From: Nitrosarchaeum sp.
GTDB lineage: Archaea > Thermoproteota > Nitrososphaeria > Nitrososphaerales > Nitrosopumilaceae
NCBI GenBank assembly: GCA_965223865.1
Contig: OZ245020.1
Span: forward strand, 1,760,001-1,824,000
Reading direction: 5' to 3'
Length of the DNA: 64,000 nt
Both the position numbers and the translations under genes were made by a program. The first letter of the stretch is position 1; every line of letters starts with the position of its first letter. Positions 8,771-18,716 of this stretch are shown here, one piece after another. A model generated the notes under the pieces. It was given only the letters and a program-made list of their open reading frames with translations, had not been told where the DNA came from and ran no database searches.

Positions 8771-10216
8771 GTGCCAATAGAAGACACACATGAGTTTATC
8801 AGAGAATTAGAAAAGAAAAATGAGTTAAAAAGAATAAAGGTTCAAGTTGATTCAGATTTAGAGATTGCAGAAATTTTAAGAAGAGGAATGTATTCTAATG
8901 GACCTGCAATTCTTTTTGAAAATGTAAAAAATTATGACATCCCAGTTTTAGGAAATGCGTTTGGATCAATGAACAGATTAGAGATTGGATTGGAGATGAC
9001 AGATTTTACAGAAATAGGTCAGAGAATTGTAGATATGACAAAGATGGACATTCCATCAGGTTTTCTAAACAAGATAAAAAAACTCCCTGAACTCTCAAAG
9101 ATGACAGAGTCTTTTCCAAAACTAGAAAACAGCGGTCCTGTTACCGAAATTACATCAAATACTGCATCATTTGACGATATTCCAATTTTAAAATCATGGC
9201 CAAATGATGCAGGCAGATTCATCACTCTTGGTCTTGTTGCTACAAAACATCCAGAAACAGGAGTAAGAAATTTGGGAGTTTTTAGAATGCAAATAGTTGA
9301 CAGTACACATGCATTGATGCATTGGCAAAAACACAAAAGAGGTGCACAACACAGTGAAATTTCCAAAGACAAGGGAGAAAAGATTCCAGCCGCAATAATT
9401 ATCGGAGGAGAACCTGCAACAGTTTTTTCATCAATTGCACCAGTGCCTGAAGGACTCGACAAGTATCTTTTTGCAGGGATTACAAGAAAGAAAGGAATTA
9501 AAACTGTAAAATGCAATACAATTGACTTAGACGTTCCTGCAAATGCAGAAATTGTTTTGGAGGGATTTGTTGATCCAACCGACATAAGAGAGGAAGGGCC
9601 ATTTGGAGATCATACTGGTTACTATACGCCTGTTGAACCATATCCAACATTCACATTAACTGGAATTATGAGGAGAAAAGATCCAATCTATCTTACAACA
9701 GTAGTTGGAAAACCAATCTTAGAGGATGCTTATATTGGCAAAGTAATTGAACAATCTTTTCTACCATTGATTAGAATGTTCCATCCCGAAGTGGTAGATT
9801 TTAGCATGCCTGCTGCAGGATGGTTTCAAGGATTTGCCATAGTTTCAATTAAAAAGAGATTCCCAGGACAGGCAAAAAAAGTCATGATGGGATTATGGGG
9901 AATGGGGCAACTTTCTCTAACGAAAATGTTTGTGGTCGTAGATGAAGACATTAATGTTCATGACATCAACGATGTGATTTGGGCAATTACAACAAGAGCT
10001 GATGCTGCCAGAGACACCATCATAATAAAAAATTCGCCAACAGATACACTTGATCCTGCATCGCCACTTGTTAACTTGGGCTCAAAATTAGGGATAGATG
10101 CCACACAAAAAACTAAAGAAGAAGGATTTCAAAGAGAGATTCAACAACAAGTTAAGGTAGACCAAGATACAAAAAATTTAGTAGATTCAAAGTGGTCTGA
10201 ATATAGATTAGAGTAA
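8771..10216 (+). CDS. ubiD: UbiD-family (menaquinone biosynthesis) decarboxylase
   Basis: EGPFGDHTGYY and DVIWAITTRAD motifs; adjacent to mqnC. Confidence 0.9.
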   Translation: MPIEDTHEFIRELEKKNELKRIKVQVDSDLEIAEILRRGMYSNGPAILFENVKNYDIPVLGNAFGSMNRLEIGLEMTDFTEIGQRIVDMTKMDIPSGFLNKIKKLPELSKMTESFPKLENSGPVTEITSNTASFDDIPILKSWPNDAGRFITLGLVATKHPETGVRNLGVFRMQIVDSTHALMHWQKHKRGAQHSEISKDKGEKIPAAIIIGGEPATVFSSIAPVPEGLDKYLFAGITRKKGIKTVKCNTIDLDVPANAEIVLEGFVDPTDIREEGPFGDHTGYYTPVEPYPTFTLTGIMRRKDPIYLTTVVGKPILEDAYIGKVIEQSFLPLIRMFHPEVVDFSMPAAGWFQGFAIVSIKKRFPGQAKKVMMGLWGMGQLSLTKMFVVVDEDINVHDINDVIWAITTRADAARDTIIIKNSPTDTLDPASPLVNLGSKLGIDATQKTKEEGFQREIQQQVKVDQDTKNLVDSKWSEYRLE

Positions 10217-11326
10217 TGTCAGAGGATTGTAGAAATTATCACGTTCCTCGGCTTGATATCCAATTTGATGAATTGCATTCACAATGATTTTATCGGTAAG
10301 CTCAGTTGAACGTGCACCAGTGCAAGATACAACTTCTTCGCCAATAAGGGTTCCACCAAAATCATCAGCACCATATTGAAGTGCCAGTTGTGCCATCCCA
10401 ATGCCATTAGTAAGCCACGAGGACTGAATATGAGGAATTAATCCATCAAAAATTAATCTGGAAATTGCAATCATTTTTAGTAATTGGATACCTCCCGTAC
10501 CATACTCCACCAAGTCTTCTTTTTGTATCAGAGTATTGTTTGGCTCAAAGTTCCAAGGAATAAATGCCATAAATCCTCCTGTCTTTTGTTGTAACTTTAC
10601 AATTTTAAAAAAATGCTCAACAATATCGTTGTTATTTTCAACATGACCATACATCATTGTTGCAGATGCAGGCAAACCAATATCGTGTGCTTCTTCCATG
10701 ATTCTTATCCAATCATCACTTGAGATTTTTTTTGGACTAATAACATCTTTAACAGAGTCAACAAGAATTTCAGCTCCTGCTCCTGGTATAGATTGCAATC
10801 CAGCTTCTTTAAGTCGAGACAGAATTTCTTTAGTTGAAGATTTTTCTACTTTAGCAATCATATCAATTTCTGAAGTTGATAATCCATGTATTCCAATTTG
10901 TGGGAATTTTTCATGAATTGTTTTAAAGGCATCTTCATAGTATTCAATTTTCAGATTGGGGTTATGTCCACCTTGAATCAGAACCTGTCTTATTTTAAAC
11001 ATCTCCCAAGCAGTCTTTACTCTTGATTCAATTTGGTCTAGTGTCAGAGTGTAAGCATCTTCTGCTCCAGGAGAACGATAAAATGCACAGAATTTGCAAT
11101 CAGTAATACAGACATTAGTATAATTCAAAATAATGTTATTGACAAAAGATGCTTTTTTTCCAAATTGTTTTCTTGTCAGATATCCAGAGGCCAATCCCAT
11201 CAAATGAACATCATTGGATTCTAATAATCTAAGACAATCTTCTTGACTAGGTCTTTGTCCATTTAGAGAATTTTCAAGAATATCTCCAATGTCACTTTTG
11301 TAAAGCTGCTCGGTAGTTTGACTCAA
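10208..11326 (-). CDS. mqnC: Cyclic dehypoxanthine futalosine synthase (radical SAM, MqnC/CofH family)
   Basis: NYTNVCITDCKFCAF, QGG.NP, PGAGAEIL, ATMM.GH and GADDFGG. Confidence 0.85.
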   Translation of the reverse strand: MSQTTEQLYKSDIGDILENSLNGQRPSQEDCLRLLESNDVHLMGLASGYLTRKQFGKKASFVNNIILNYTNVCITDCKFCAFYRSPGAEDAYTLTLDQIESRVKTAWEMFKIRQVLIQGGHNPNLKIEYYEDAFKTIHEKFPQIGIHGLSTSEIDMIAKVEKSSTKEILSRLKEAGLQSIPGAGAEILVDSVKDVISPKKISSDDWIRIMEEAHDIGLPASATMMYGHVENNNDIVEHFFKIVKLQQKTGGFMAFIPWNFEPNNTLIQKEDLVEYGTGGIQLLKMIAISRLIFDGLIPHIQSSWLTNGIGMAQLALQYGADDFGGTLIGEEVVSCTGARSTELTDKIIVNAIHQIGYQAEERDNFYNPLTLL

Positions 11327-11751
11327 TTAACTTGTCCTCATTCATTTTCGAATTCTATTTATTCCTTGAGAGTAAAAATAATTAAAACAAAAACAGAAGT
11401 TGCCATAAAACAATCGAATCAAGAAACTATGTCATCACCCATCAAAATAGTCACGAATAATAGTGGAGTGCAATCAATTTTTCTCTGCATATTTACAGTT
11501 CTTTAGCCGCTCAATCTGCGTTTTTGAATTGGATTCCGCGGTGAATTTTGACAATTTCTTGATGAATTTTTAAAATATAATTTAGATGAACAGCATGTAT
11601 GCCTAAGTAAATTGTAATACATTTCTAGGTATACATTTTCTATATTTCTTAAGATCAGCATAGATAATATTAACAAAATACAATATCAGCACACCAAGAC
11701 AAACAACAGATCTCGTTATTTTTAAGTAGGGCACCAAAAGGAGATTGTTTC

Positions 11752-12534
11752 ATGGTCTCAGGTCTTCAAATTAGATTAAACAGAATTCTTAGAAAAGGCA
11801 AGATGTTGTGTATCCCAATGGATCATGGGATTTCCAATGGACCCATTGAAGGTCTTGAGGATCCGGCTTCAATTATTTACAAATGTGAAGGGCATGGTCT
11901 CACAAGTGTCATTATTAACAAAGGAATTATCAAAACTCTACCAAAACCACCCAAAGTGGGAATTTTAGTTCACTTTTCAAGTAGCACATCATTATCATTA
12001 TCACCTAATCGTAAAATGCTTACAGGTAGTGTAAAAGAAGCAGTTGCACTCGGAGCAGATGGAGTATCTTTGCACATTAACATTGGCGGAAAGGAAGAAC
12101 CAGAGATGCTAGAACAGTTAGGAATGACAGCAGATCAGTGTCACAAATGGAATATGCCATTATTGGCAATGATGTATCCTAGAGGAGAAAATATCAAAGA
12201 TCCACATGATCCAGAAATTGTCGCACATGTTGCAAGGATCGGAGCAGAGTGTGGTGCAGATATTGTAAAAACAGTATATACTGGTGATGTTGATTCTTTT
12301 GCAAGAATTGTAAAAAGTACACCAGTTCCCATTGTAGTAGCTGGAGGACCAAAAGCTGAAACAGATTTAGATATTTTACAGATGACTGAAGATGTAATGA
12401 ATGCAGGTGCGAAGGGAGTAACCTACGGTAGAAATATTTTTGCTCATAAATCCCCAGAAAAGATGACAGAAGCATTAGCATCAATTATTTTCAGAAAAGA
12501 ATCCGTAAAGGAAGTAATGAAAAAAATTGAGTAA
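11752..12534 (+). CDS. aroA': 2-amino-3,7-dideoxy-D-threo-hept-6-ulosonate synthase (DhnA-type aldolase)
   Basis: PMDHG, LLAMMYPRG and GADIVKT motifs; heads the shikimate cluster. Confidence 0.88.
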   Translation: MVSGLQIRLNRILRKGKMLCIPMDHGISNGPIEGLEDPASIIYKCEGHGLTSVIINKGIIKTLPKPPKVGILVHFSSSTSLSLSPNRKMLTGSVKEAVALGADGVSLHINIGGKEEPEMLEQLGMTADQCHKWNMPLLAMMYPRGENIKDPHDPEIVAHVARIGAECGADIVKTVYTGDVDSFARIVKSTPVPIVVAGGPKAETDLDILQMTEDVMNAGAKGVTYGRNIFAHKSPEKMTEALASIIFRKESVKEVMKKIE

Positions 12535-13585
12535 GAATAGAGAATTAATAATTTCGCCAAAAGTTTCAACGGCACAATTAACAAAATTCCTACAACAATT
12601 AGAATCAGAAGGAATCAAAATGGTGTATTTGGATCCAAAAAAAATAGGAAAGAAAAAAACAAAGCTTGAAACTGTTTATCCATCAACTTTAGCAAGCAAT
12701 GTTATTCTTGAAAAAGAAATTAGTAAACCTAAAGGAAAGAAAGTAGGAAGAAAATTCCAAGTTTTATCAAACGAAGATATAGAGAATATATTGATTGTGG
12801 CAAAAAAAGGCCTTGATTTTGTTATAGTGGAGGTAAAAGACTGGAAAATTATTCCACTAGAGAATATTATAGCAAAATTGCACAAAATTCACACCAAAAT
12901 ATTTGCAATTGCAAGAACGCCTGAAGAAGTAAGAAAAATGTTCTCAATTTTAGAAGTGGGAGTCGATGGCGTGATCTTTAGTACATCATCAATTAATGAG
13001 GTAAGAGAAGCTATGGTATACCTAGGTACCAGAAGTTTTGATTTAGAACCAGCTAAAATTGTTGAGATTAAAGAAGTTGGTGATGGAGAAAGAGTCTGTG
13101 TAGACACAGCATCTATGCTACATAAAGGAGAAGGAATGTTAATTGGAAGTAGATCAAACTTTCTATTTCTAGTTCACAACGAATCAGTGGGTTCCTCATT
13201 TACATCACCAAGACCATTTAGAGTAAATGCAGGGGCGGTTCATTGTTATACATTATCACCAGATGGAACAACAAATTATCTCTCAGAAATCGAAACAGGA
13301 TCAGAAGTTTTGATTCTAAATTCAAAAGGAAAGGCAAGAAGAGTAACTGTAGGAAGATCAAAAATTGAAAGGCGACCCATGTTGATGATAAAGGCGAAAG
13401 TCAAAGAGGAGATAGGAGGAATTATAGCTCAAGATGCAGAGACTATCAGATTTGTAAAACCAAATGGACAACTAGTTTCAGTAACACATCTAAAAAAAGG
13501 AGACAGGGTCATGGTTCATGCAAAGACTGCAACAGGAAGACATTTTGGAATGGAAGTTTCAGACGAATATATTTTAGAAAAGTGA
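12527..13585 (+). CDS. aroB': 3-dehydroquinate synthase II
   Basis: WKIIPLEN, GERVCVDT, RPFRVNAGAVH and GRHFG. Confidence 0.92.
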   Translation: MSKNRELIISPKVSTAQLTKFLQQLESEGIKMVYLDPKKIGKKKTKLETVYPSTLASNVILEKEISKPKGKKVGRKFQVLSNEDIENILIVAKKGLDFVIVEVKDWKIIPLENIIAKLHKIHTKIFAIARTPEEVRKMFSILEVGVDGVIFSTSSINEVREAMVYLGTRSFDLEPAKIVEIKEVGDGERVCVDTASMLHKGEGMLIGSRSNFLFLVHNESVGSSFTSPRPFRVNAGAVHCYTLSPDGTTNYLSEIETGSEVLILNSKGKARRVTVGRSKIERRPMLMIKAKVKEEIGGIIAQDAETIRFVKPNGQLVSVTHLKKGDRVMVHAKTATGRHFGMEVSDEYILEK

Positions 13586-13586
13586 A

Positions 13587-14255
13587 ATGCAATACAAAAC
13601 ATGTGTGTCAATTGCAGAAAATACTCCTAACAAAATAAAAAAGGCGGTAAATGCAGCATTAAAAAAATCGGATTATGCTGAAATTAGATTTGATTTTCTA
13701 AAATCAGAACAGATTCCAAAAACTTTAGAAATTATAAAAAAAGATCTTAAGAGGATAGTATGTACTCTTCGACCAAAAATAGAAGGAGGGGAATTTCAAG
13801 GAGGTGAAAAAGAAAGAATTACAATATTAAAATTAATTGCAGAATATAATCCATTTTTTTTAGATGTAGAATTTAACACAATTAGAAAAAACAAAGATTT
13901 AGCAAAATACCTAAAATCAACAAAGACAAAATTGCTAATATCATGGCATGATTTTAAGAAAACGCCTAATTTCTCAGATTTGAAAACGCAAATGAAAAAG
14001 ATGAGAAAATTTGCACCAACAGTAAAAATAGTAACTACTGCAAAAACGATGGATGACAGTACTAGAATACTTCAATTATATAGTAAGAAGGAAAAAACAG
14101 ATCTAATTGCATTTGCAATGGGAGAGGCAGGAAGAATTTCTAGAATTTTATGCCTTAATTTAGGCAGTCCATATACGTATGTATCGCTAGGAAAGCCAGT
14201 AGCACCTGGCCAATTCAGTATAGATGAAATTAAGAGAATTGTCAATCTAAAATAA
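13587..14255 (+). CDS. aroD: Type I 3-dehydroquinate dehydratase
   Basis: EIRFD, ISWHDF, AFAMG..G..SR and APGQ. Confidence 0.92.
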   Translation: MQYKTCVSIAENTPNKIKKAVNAALKKSDYAEIRFDFLKSEQIPKTLEIIKKDLKRIVCTLRPKIEGGEFQGGEKERITILKLIAEYNPFFLDVEFNTIRKNKDLAKYLKSTKTKLLISWHDFKKTPNFSDLKTQMKKMRKFAPTVKIVTTAKTMDDSTRILQLYSKKEKTDLIAFAMGEAGRISRILCLNLGSPYTYVSLGKPVAPGQFSIDEIKRIVNLK

Positions 14256-14362
14256 AGGTAATTTAGAAATTCAAGAATCCAAATTGTAACACATATCCAA
14301 TTAGATATTTGTGTATATAGTAATTGAGAGTTTAAATCAATCATATAATTGATGAAAATTAC

Positions 14363-15181
14363 ATGTCAACTTATGCTGTAATTGGAGACCCAATTGATCA
14401 TTCATTGTCTCCAAATATTCATAGTGCAGTATTTAGGGAATTGAATTTAGATCATTCATACATTGCATATAGGATTCCAAAAGGAGAACTAAAAGAAGGA
14501 ATCGAGTCACTCAAAAAAATAAATATTGCAGGATTCAATGTTACAATTCCACATAAAATTGAGATGATGAAATTCTTAGATAGAATGGATGAATCATGTA
14601 GTGTTATTGGCGCAGTAAATACAGTATCAAACAACAAAGGAATTCTGAAAGGATATAATACAGATATGGATGGATTTTTGGATCCAATTAAGAAAAAAAA
14701 ATTAAAAATAAAAGATCGTAATATTTTGCTTCTTGGTGCAGGAGGTGCTGCAAGAGCTATTGTCGCAGGATTTTCAAAAGAACATGCAAAATCAATCACC
14801 ATTGCCAACAGAACTTTAAAAAATGCAAAGACATTATCAGAGTTTTCAGAAAAAATAGGATTAAATTCCAAATTTATTAAAATCGAAAATGTTAGAAATT
14901 CTGCAAAAGATTATGATATAATTGTAAATGCAACCTCAGTAGGATTGAAAAATGAATCTAGCCCAATTGCACTTGATGAAATCGACAAAAAAACTATTGT
15001 TTACGATATTGTCTACATGCCATTGAATACAGACTTTTTAAAAAAAGCAAAAGAAATGGGTGCTGAGATAATTTATGGATACGAAATGCTTTTAGGACAA
15101 GCTGGAAGAGCTTTTGAAATTTGGCATGGGATAGAAGCACCTTATAATGCTATGAAACGAGCATTGTTAGGAGGAGCATAA
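14363..15181 (+). CDS. aroE: Shikimate dehydrogenase
   Basis: HSLSP, NVTIPHK, GAVNT, NTD and GAGGAARA. Confidence 0.95.
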   Translation: MSTYAVIGDPIDHSLSPNIHSAVFRELNLDHSYIAYRIPKGELKEGIESLKKINIAGFNVTIPHKIEMMKFLDRMDESCSVIGAVNTVSNNKGILKGYNTDMDGFLDPIKKKKLKIKDRNILLLGAGGAARAIVAGFSKEHAKSITIANRTLKNAKTLSEFSEKIGLNSKFIKIENVRNSAKDYDIIVNATSVGLKNESSPIALDEIDKKTIVYDIVYMPLNTDFLKKAKEMGAEIIYGYEMLLGQAGRAFEIWHGIEAPYNAMKRALLGGA

Positions 15182-16035
15182 TGACTAAAGTAAAAGCAAC
15201 AGTTCACGGGGCAGTTTCACTAGTAAATGCCATTGCGAATCAGAAAGGAGCAACTCTAGGAATAGAACTTAAAGTAGAAGTGATAGTCAAGACAAGTTCC
15301 GGAAAGGGAATAAACATTCAATCAGAGAACAAGAGTGTTAGTTCACGTTTGATAAACAAAACAATAGAAAAAATTGTTCCAAAAAAAGATTTAGAAAAAA
15401 ATAAAATTGAAGTTATTCTTAATTCTGAAATTCCATTAGGGTACGGTTTAAAGAGCTCAAGTGCAATTTCTTCTGCAGTTGCATTAGCATGTGCAAAGAT
15501 TTTCAGACCAAACATGTCAGATCAACAGATATTGCTTGCAGGAATAGATGCATCAATAGAAACCAAGGTAAGCATAACAGGAGCATATGATGATGCATGC
15601 TCATGTTATTTTGGAGGATTTAATGTTACAAATAACAAAAAGAAAATAAGAGTGCATTATGAAAAAATTCCTCCAAACCTAATTGCAGTAATATTTATTC
15701 CAAAAAATAGGAAACGTGGAAACCTAAAAAATCTAAAACTACTATCTATAGTTTTTGAAAATGCATGGAATCTTGCCAAAAAGTCAAAGTATTGGGATGC
15801 CATGATAATTAATGGGTTAGCAACATCTGCATTACTAAACTCGGAGCCTAAAATAATTACAGGATTACTGGAGAAAGGTGCATTAGGAGCATCAGTTTCA
15901 GGAAATGGGCCTTCAATTGCAGCCATCACTAAAAAAGAAAATGAAGCAAACATCAAAAAGGTATTTTCAATATTAGAAGGGACTATTATTGTTTCCAAAG
16001 TAAATAACAAAAAGGCAGAAGTTCATGAAGTGTAA
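15181..16035 (+). CDS. aroK: Archaeal (GHMP-type) shikimate kinase
   Basis: IPLGYGLKSSSA, TGAYDDA and SGNGPS. Confidence 0.92.
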   Translation: MTKVKATVHGAVSLVNAIANQKGATLGIELKVEVIVKTSSGKGINIQSENKSVSSRLINKTIEKIVPKKDLEKNKIEVILNSEIPLGYGLKSSSAISSAVALACAKIFRPNMSDQQILLAGIDASIETKVSITGAYDDACSCYFGGFNVTNNKKKIRVHYEKIPPNLIAVIFIPKNRKRGNLKNLKLLSIVFENAWNLAKKSKYWDAMIINGLATSALLNSEPKIITGLLEKGALGASVSGNGPSIAAITKKENEANIKKVFSILEGTIIVSKVNNKKAEVHEV

Positions 16036-17296
16036 AGTAGAAAAATCAAAGGTGTCAGGACAGATTGTTTGTCCTCCAAACAAAAGTTATACTCACAGAG
16101 CAATTTTTTTGGCCTCACTTGCAGGGAACAATAGTCAAGTAAAGAACGTCTTATTTTCGGATGATACAAATGCTACAATTGAAGCATGTAAAAAATTTGG
16201 GGCAGAAATTATACAAGAGAATTCATCAATAATAGTAAAAAATTCGATAACAACAAACATTTTGGTGCCTGAAATTAACGCCGAAAATTCGGGTACAACA
16301 ATCAGAATTGCTTCAGGAATAGCAAGTTTATTTCCAAATGAAATTACACTAACGGGAGATTCTAGTCTTCAAAAAAGACCTATGCAACCATTATTAGATG
16401 CCTTAGAAAGTATTGGAGCAAAATGTATTTCAACTAACGGTAAACCTCCAATAAAAATAATTGGAGCGATTTCTGGAGGAGACGTCACAATACCTGGAAA
16501 CTTTTCTAGCCAGTTTATTTCATCTCTGTTTATTTGTGCACCATTAACGGAAAAAGGGATCAATTTACTAATTGAAGGCAATCTGGTTTCAAAACCATAT
16601 CTTGATGCAACTATTGCAACAATGAGAAAATTTGGAGTTATTGTTCAAACATTAATTCCATATAAAAGATACAACATAACACCACAGGTTTACAAATCTA
16701 CAATATTTAATGTTCCAATTGATTTTTCAAGTTTGGCATTACTTCTTTCTGCAGCAGTTCTAAATGGAGAAAATTTTACAATCAAAGGAGATATTGGAAA
16801 TTTACCACAAGGAGATGAGGTTTTTATAGATATTTTAGAACAATTAGGAGTCAAAGTATCTATTAATCAAGATGAGACTGCAATTCAATCTCCGGAAAAA
16901 CTAAAGGGAGGAAAATTTGATTTAAGCAACTCACCTGATCTTCTTCCACCACTTTCAATATTGGCACTAAAGACAACAAATCCAATTGAGGTTGTAAATG
17001 TAAAGCATGCAAGATTAAAAGAAACAGATAGAATAGCAATCATCTCACGAGAATTATCAAAATTAGGAATCAGAGTTCAGGAAAAAGAAGACGGATTTAT
17101 TTTAGAATCACCATACAGTCTAAAACCTGCAGAATTAAATTCAGAAAATGATCATAGATTGTTTATGGCGTTTTGTATTGCCGGAATGTATGTGGGAGAT
17201 TGCATGGTAACTGATCCTGAATCAGTTTCTGTATCATATCCAGATTTCATTAATAGAATGAATAGTTGTGGAGCAAAAATTCAAGTCCAAAATTAA
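16025..17296 (+). CDS. aroA: EPSP synthase
   Basis: KSYTHRA, NSGTTIR, SSQFIS, KETDRI and DHR. Confidence 0.95.
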   Translation: MKCKVEKSKVSGQIVCPPNKSYTHRAIFLASLAGNNSQVKNVLFSDDTNATIEACKKFGAEIIQENSSIIVKNSITTNILVPEINAENSGTTIRIASGIASLFPNEITLTGDSSLQKRPMQPLLDALESIGAKCISTNGKPPIKIIGAISGGDVTIPGNFSSQFISSLFICAPLTEKGINLLIEGNLVSKPYLDATIATMRKFGVIVQTLIPYKRYNITPQVYKSTIFNVPIDFSSLALLLSAAVLNGENFTIKGDIGNLPQGDEVFIDILEQLGVKVSINQDETAIQSPEKLKGGKFDLSNSPDLLPPLSILALKTTNPIEVVNVKHARLKETDRIAIISRELSKLGIRVQEKEDGFILESPYSLKPAELNSENDHRLFMAFCIAGMYVGDCMVTDPESVSVSYPDFINRMNSCGAKIQVQN

Positions 17297-17326
17297 ATTT
17301 AAAAAATTAACTAAAAGAGGCAAAAG

Positions 17327-17410
17327 GCGCGATCCTGTATAGAGTGAAAAGCATTCTCTTCACTCATAACGCTTTTGCGCTGATAACATGTCTTTTTCGC
17401 AGGATCGCGC
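17327..17410 (-). ncRNA. Candidate structured non-coding RNA
   Basis: Perfect 11-bp GC-rich closing stem (gcgcgatcctg/caggatcgcgc) enclosing two hairpins. G-U pairs favour the minus strand, followed by pyrimidine/T-rich tracts. Confidence 0.5.
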
Positions 17411-17621
17411 AAATTATTCGTTAAAATTTGCACTTTTTTCCATGAATCATGTATGTTATTGTGATATTTAAGAATTATTTGAAAATATTACATAGATTAT
17501 CCTAAAATTTTTAAAATTTTTTGTTTTTTTAATCAATGATCGAAAATAACTATCAAACAAATTATGAGATTTCCTTTAACAGAATGAGTAATTATAAGCA
17601 GCATCTGATACTCATAATGTA

Positions 17622-18716
17622 TTGCCTGGAAGTTCAATCGGTCATCATCTTGTTTTAACTAGTTTTGGTGAAAGTCACGGAAAGTCTATTGGTGCAGTAT
17701 TAGAAGGATGTCCTGCAGGATTAGAAATTGATGAAAAAGATATTCAAAAAATGTTAGATCAAAGAAGACCAGGACAATCATTAATTTCTACACAAAGAAA
17801 AGAAAAAGACGTTGTTGAATTTATTTCAGGTGTGTTTAGAGGATTTACAACGGGTTCGCCCATCACAATGGTAATTTGGAATAAGGATCAAAAATCAAAA
17901 GATTATGAGAATCTAAAGACATTGTTGCGTCCAGGTCATTCTGATTATCCTGCAATGATAAAGTACAATAACTTTAATGATTATAGGGGAGGGGGAAGAT
18001 TTTCTGGAAGATTAACTGCAACACATGTTATGGGAGGTGCTATTGCTAAGAAATTACTCAAAGTAACATTAGGAATTGAAACAAATTCGTATACATTACA
18101 AATTGGCAAGATAAAGATGAAAACAGGAATAAATAAAAAAAATATGAAAAATATTTACAATAATGAAGTTAGATGTCCCGATAACAAAACTGCAATGAGG
18201 ATGAAAGAATCTATTCTGGATGCAAGAAAGAAAGGTGATTCATTAGGAGGCATAATTGAATCAGTTACAACAAATGTTCCAGTAGGTTTAGGTGAGCCAA
18301 TTTTTAATTCATTAGAATCAGATTTGAGTAGAGCAATGTTCTCAATTCCTTCTGTTAAGGGTGTAGAATTTGGCTCTGGTTTTGAGGGTTCAAAATTATA
18401 TGGATCAGAAAACAATGACCTTTATGCCATCCAAAAAGGAAAGATTGTCACAAGAACGAATAATTCTGGAGGAATTTTAGGAGGGATTTCAAATGGCATG
18501 CCAATAACAATGAGAGTTGCATTCAAACCTGCATCATCAATATCACAAAAACAAAAGACAATAAACATCAAGACAAAAAAATCTGAAGAATTGCAAGTTA
18601 AAGGGCGACATGATCCATGTGTTATTCCAAGAGCACCACCCGTAGTAGACTCACTAGTATCACTAACATTAGCTGATCATGCTCTGATAACAGGAATAAT
18701 CAAGCCAGTATTGTAG
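17622..18716 (+). CDS. aroC: Chorismate synthase
   Basis: FGESHG, RPGHSD, GGGRFSGR and GRHDPC. Confidence 0.95.
   Translation: MPGSSIGHHLVLTSFGESHGKSIGAVLEGCPAGLEIDEKDIQKMLDQRRPGQSLISTQRKEKDVVEFISGVFRGFTTGSPITMVIWNKDQKSKDYENLKTLLRPGHSDYPAMIKYNNFNDYRGGGRFSGRLTATHVMGGAIAKKLLKVTLGIETNSYTLQIGKIKMKTGINKKNMKNIYNNEVRCPDNKTAMRMKESILDARKKGDSLGGIIESVTTNVPVGLGEPIFNSLESDLSRAMFSIPSVKGVEFGSGFEGSKLYGSENNDLYAIQKGKIVTRTNNSGGILGGISNGMPITMRVAFKPASSISQKQKTINIKTKKSEELQVKGRHDPCVIPRAPPVVDSLVSLTLADHALITGIIKPVL

Noticed and set aside
14292-14317. Imperfect inverted repeat between aroD and aroE
   Set aside because: AT-rich, bulged, and single occurrence; not distinguishable from chance.
8301-16970. Regulon-box-like words at about 8301 (atagcactaa), 8769 (tagtgccaa) and 16961 (ttggcactaa)
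   Set aside because: Inside coding sequence or on a start codon, without the 19-21 nt spacing to a promoter TATA; treated as background.
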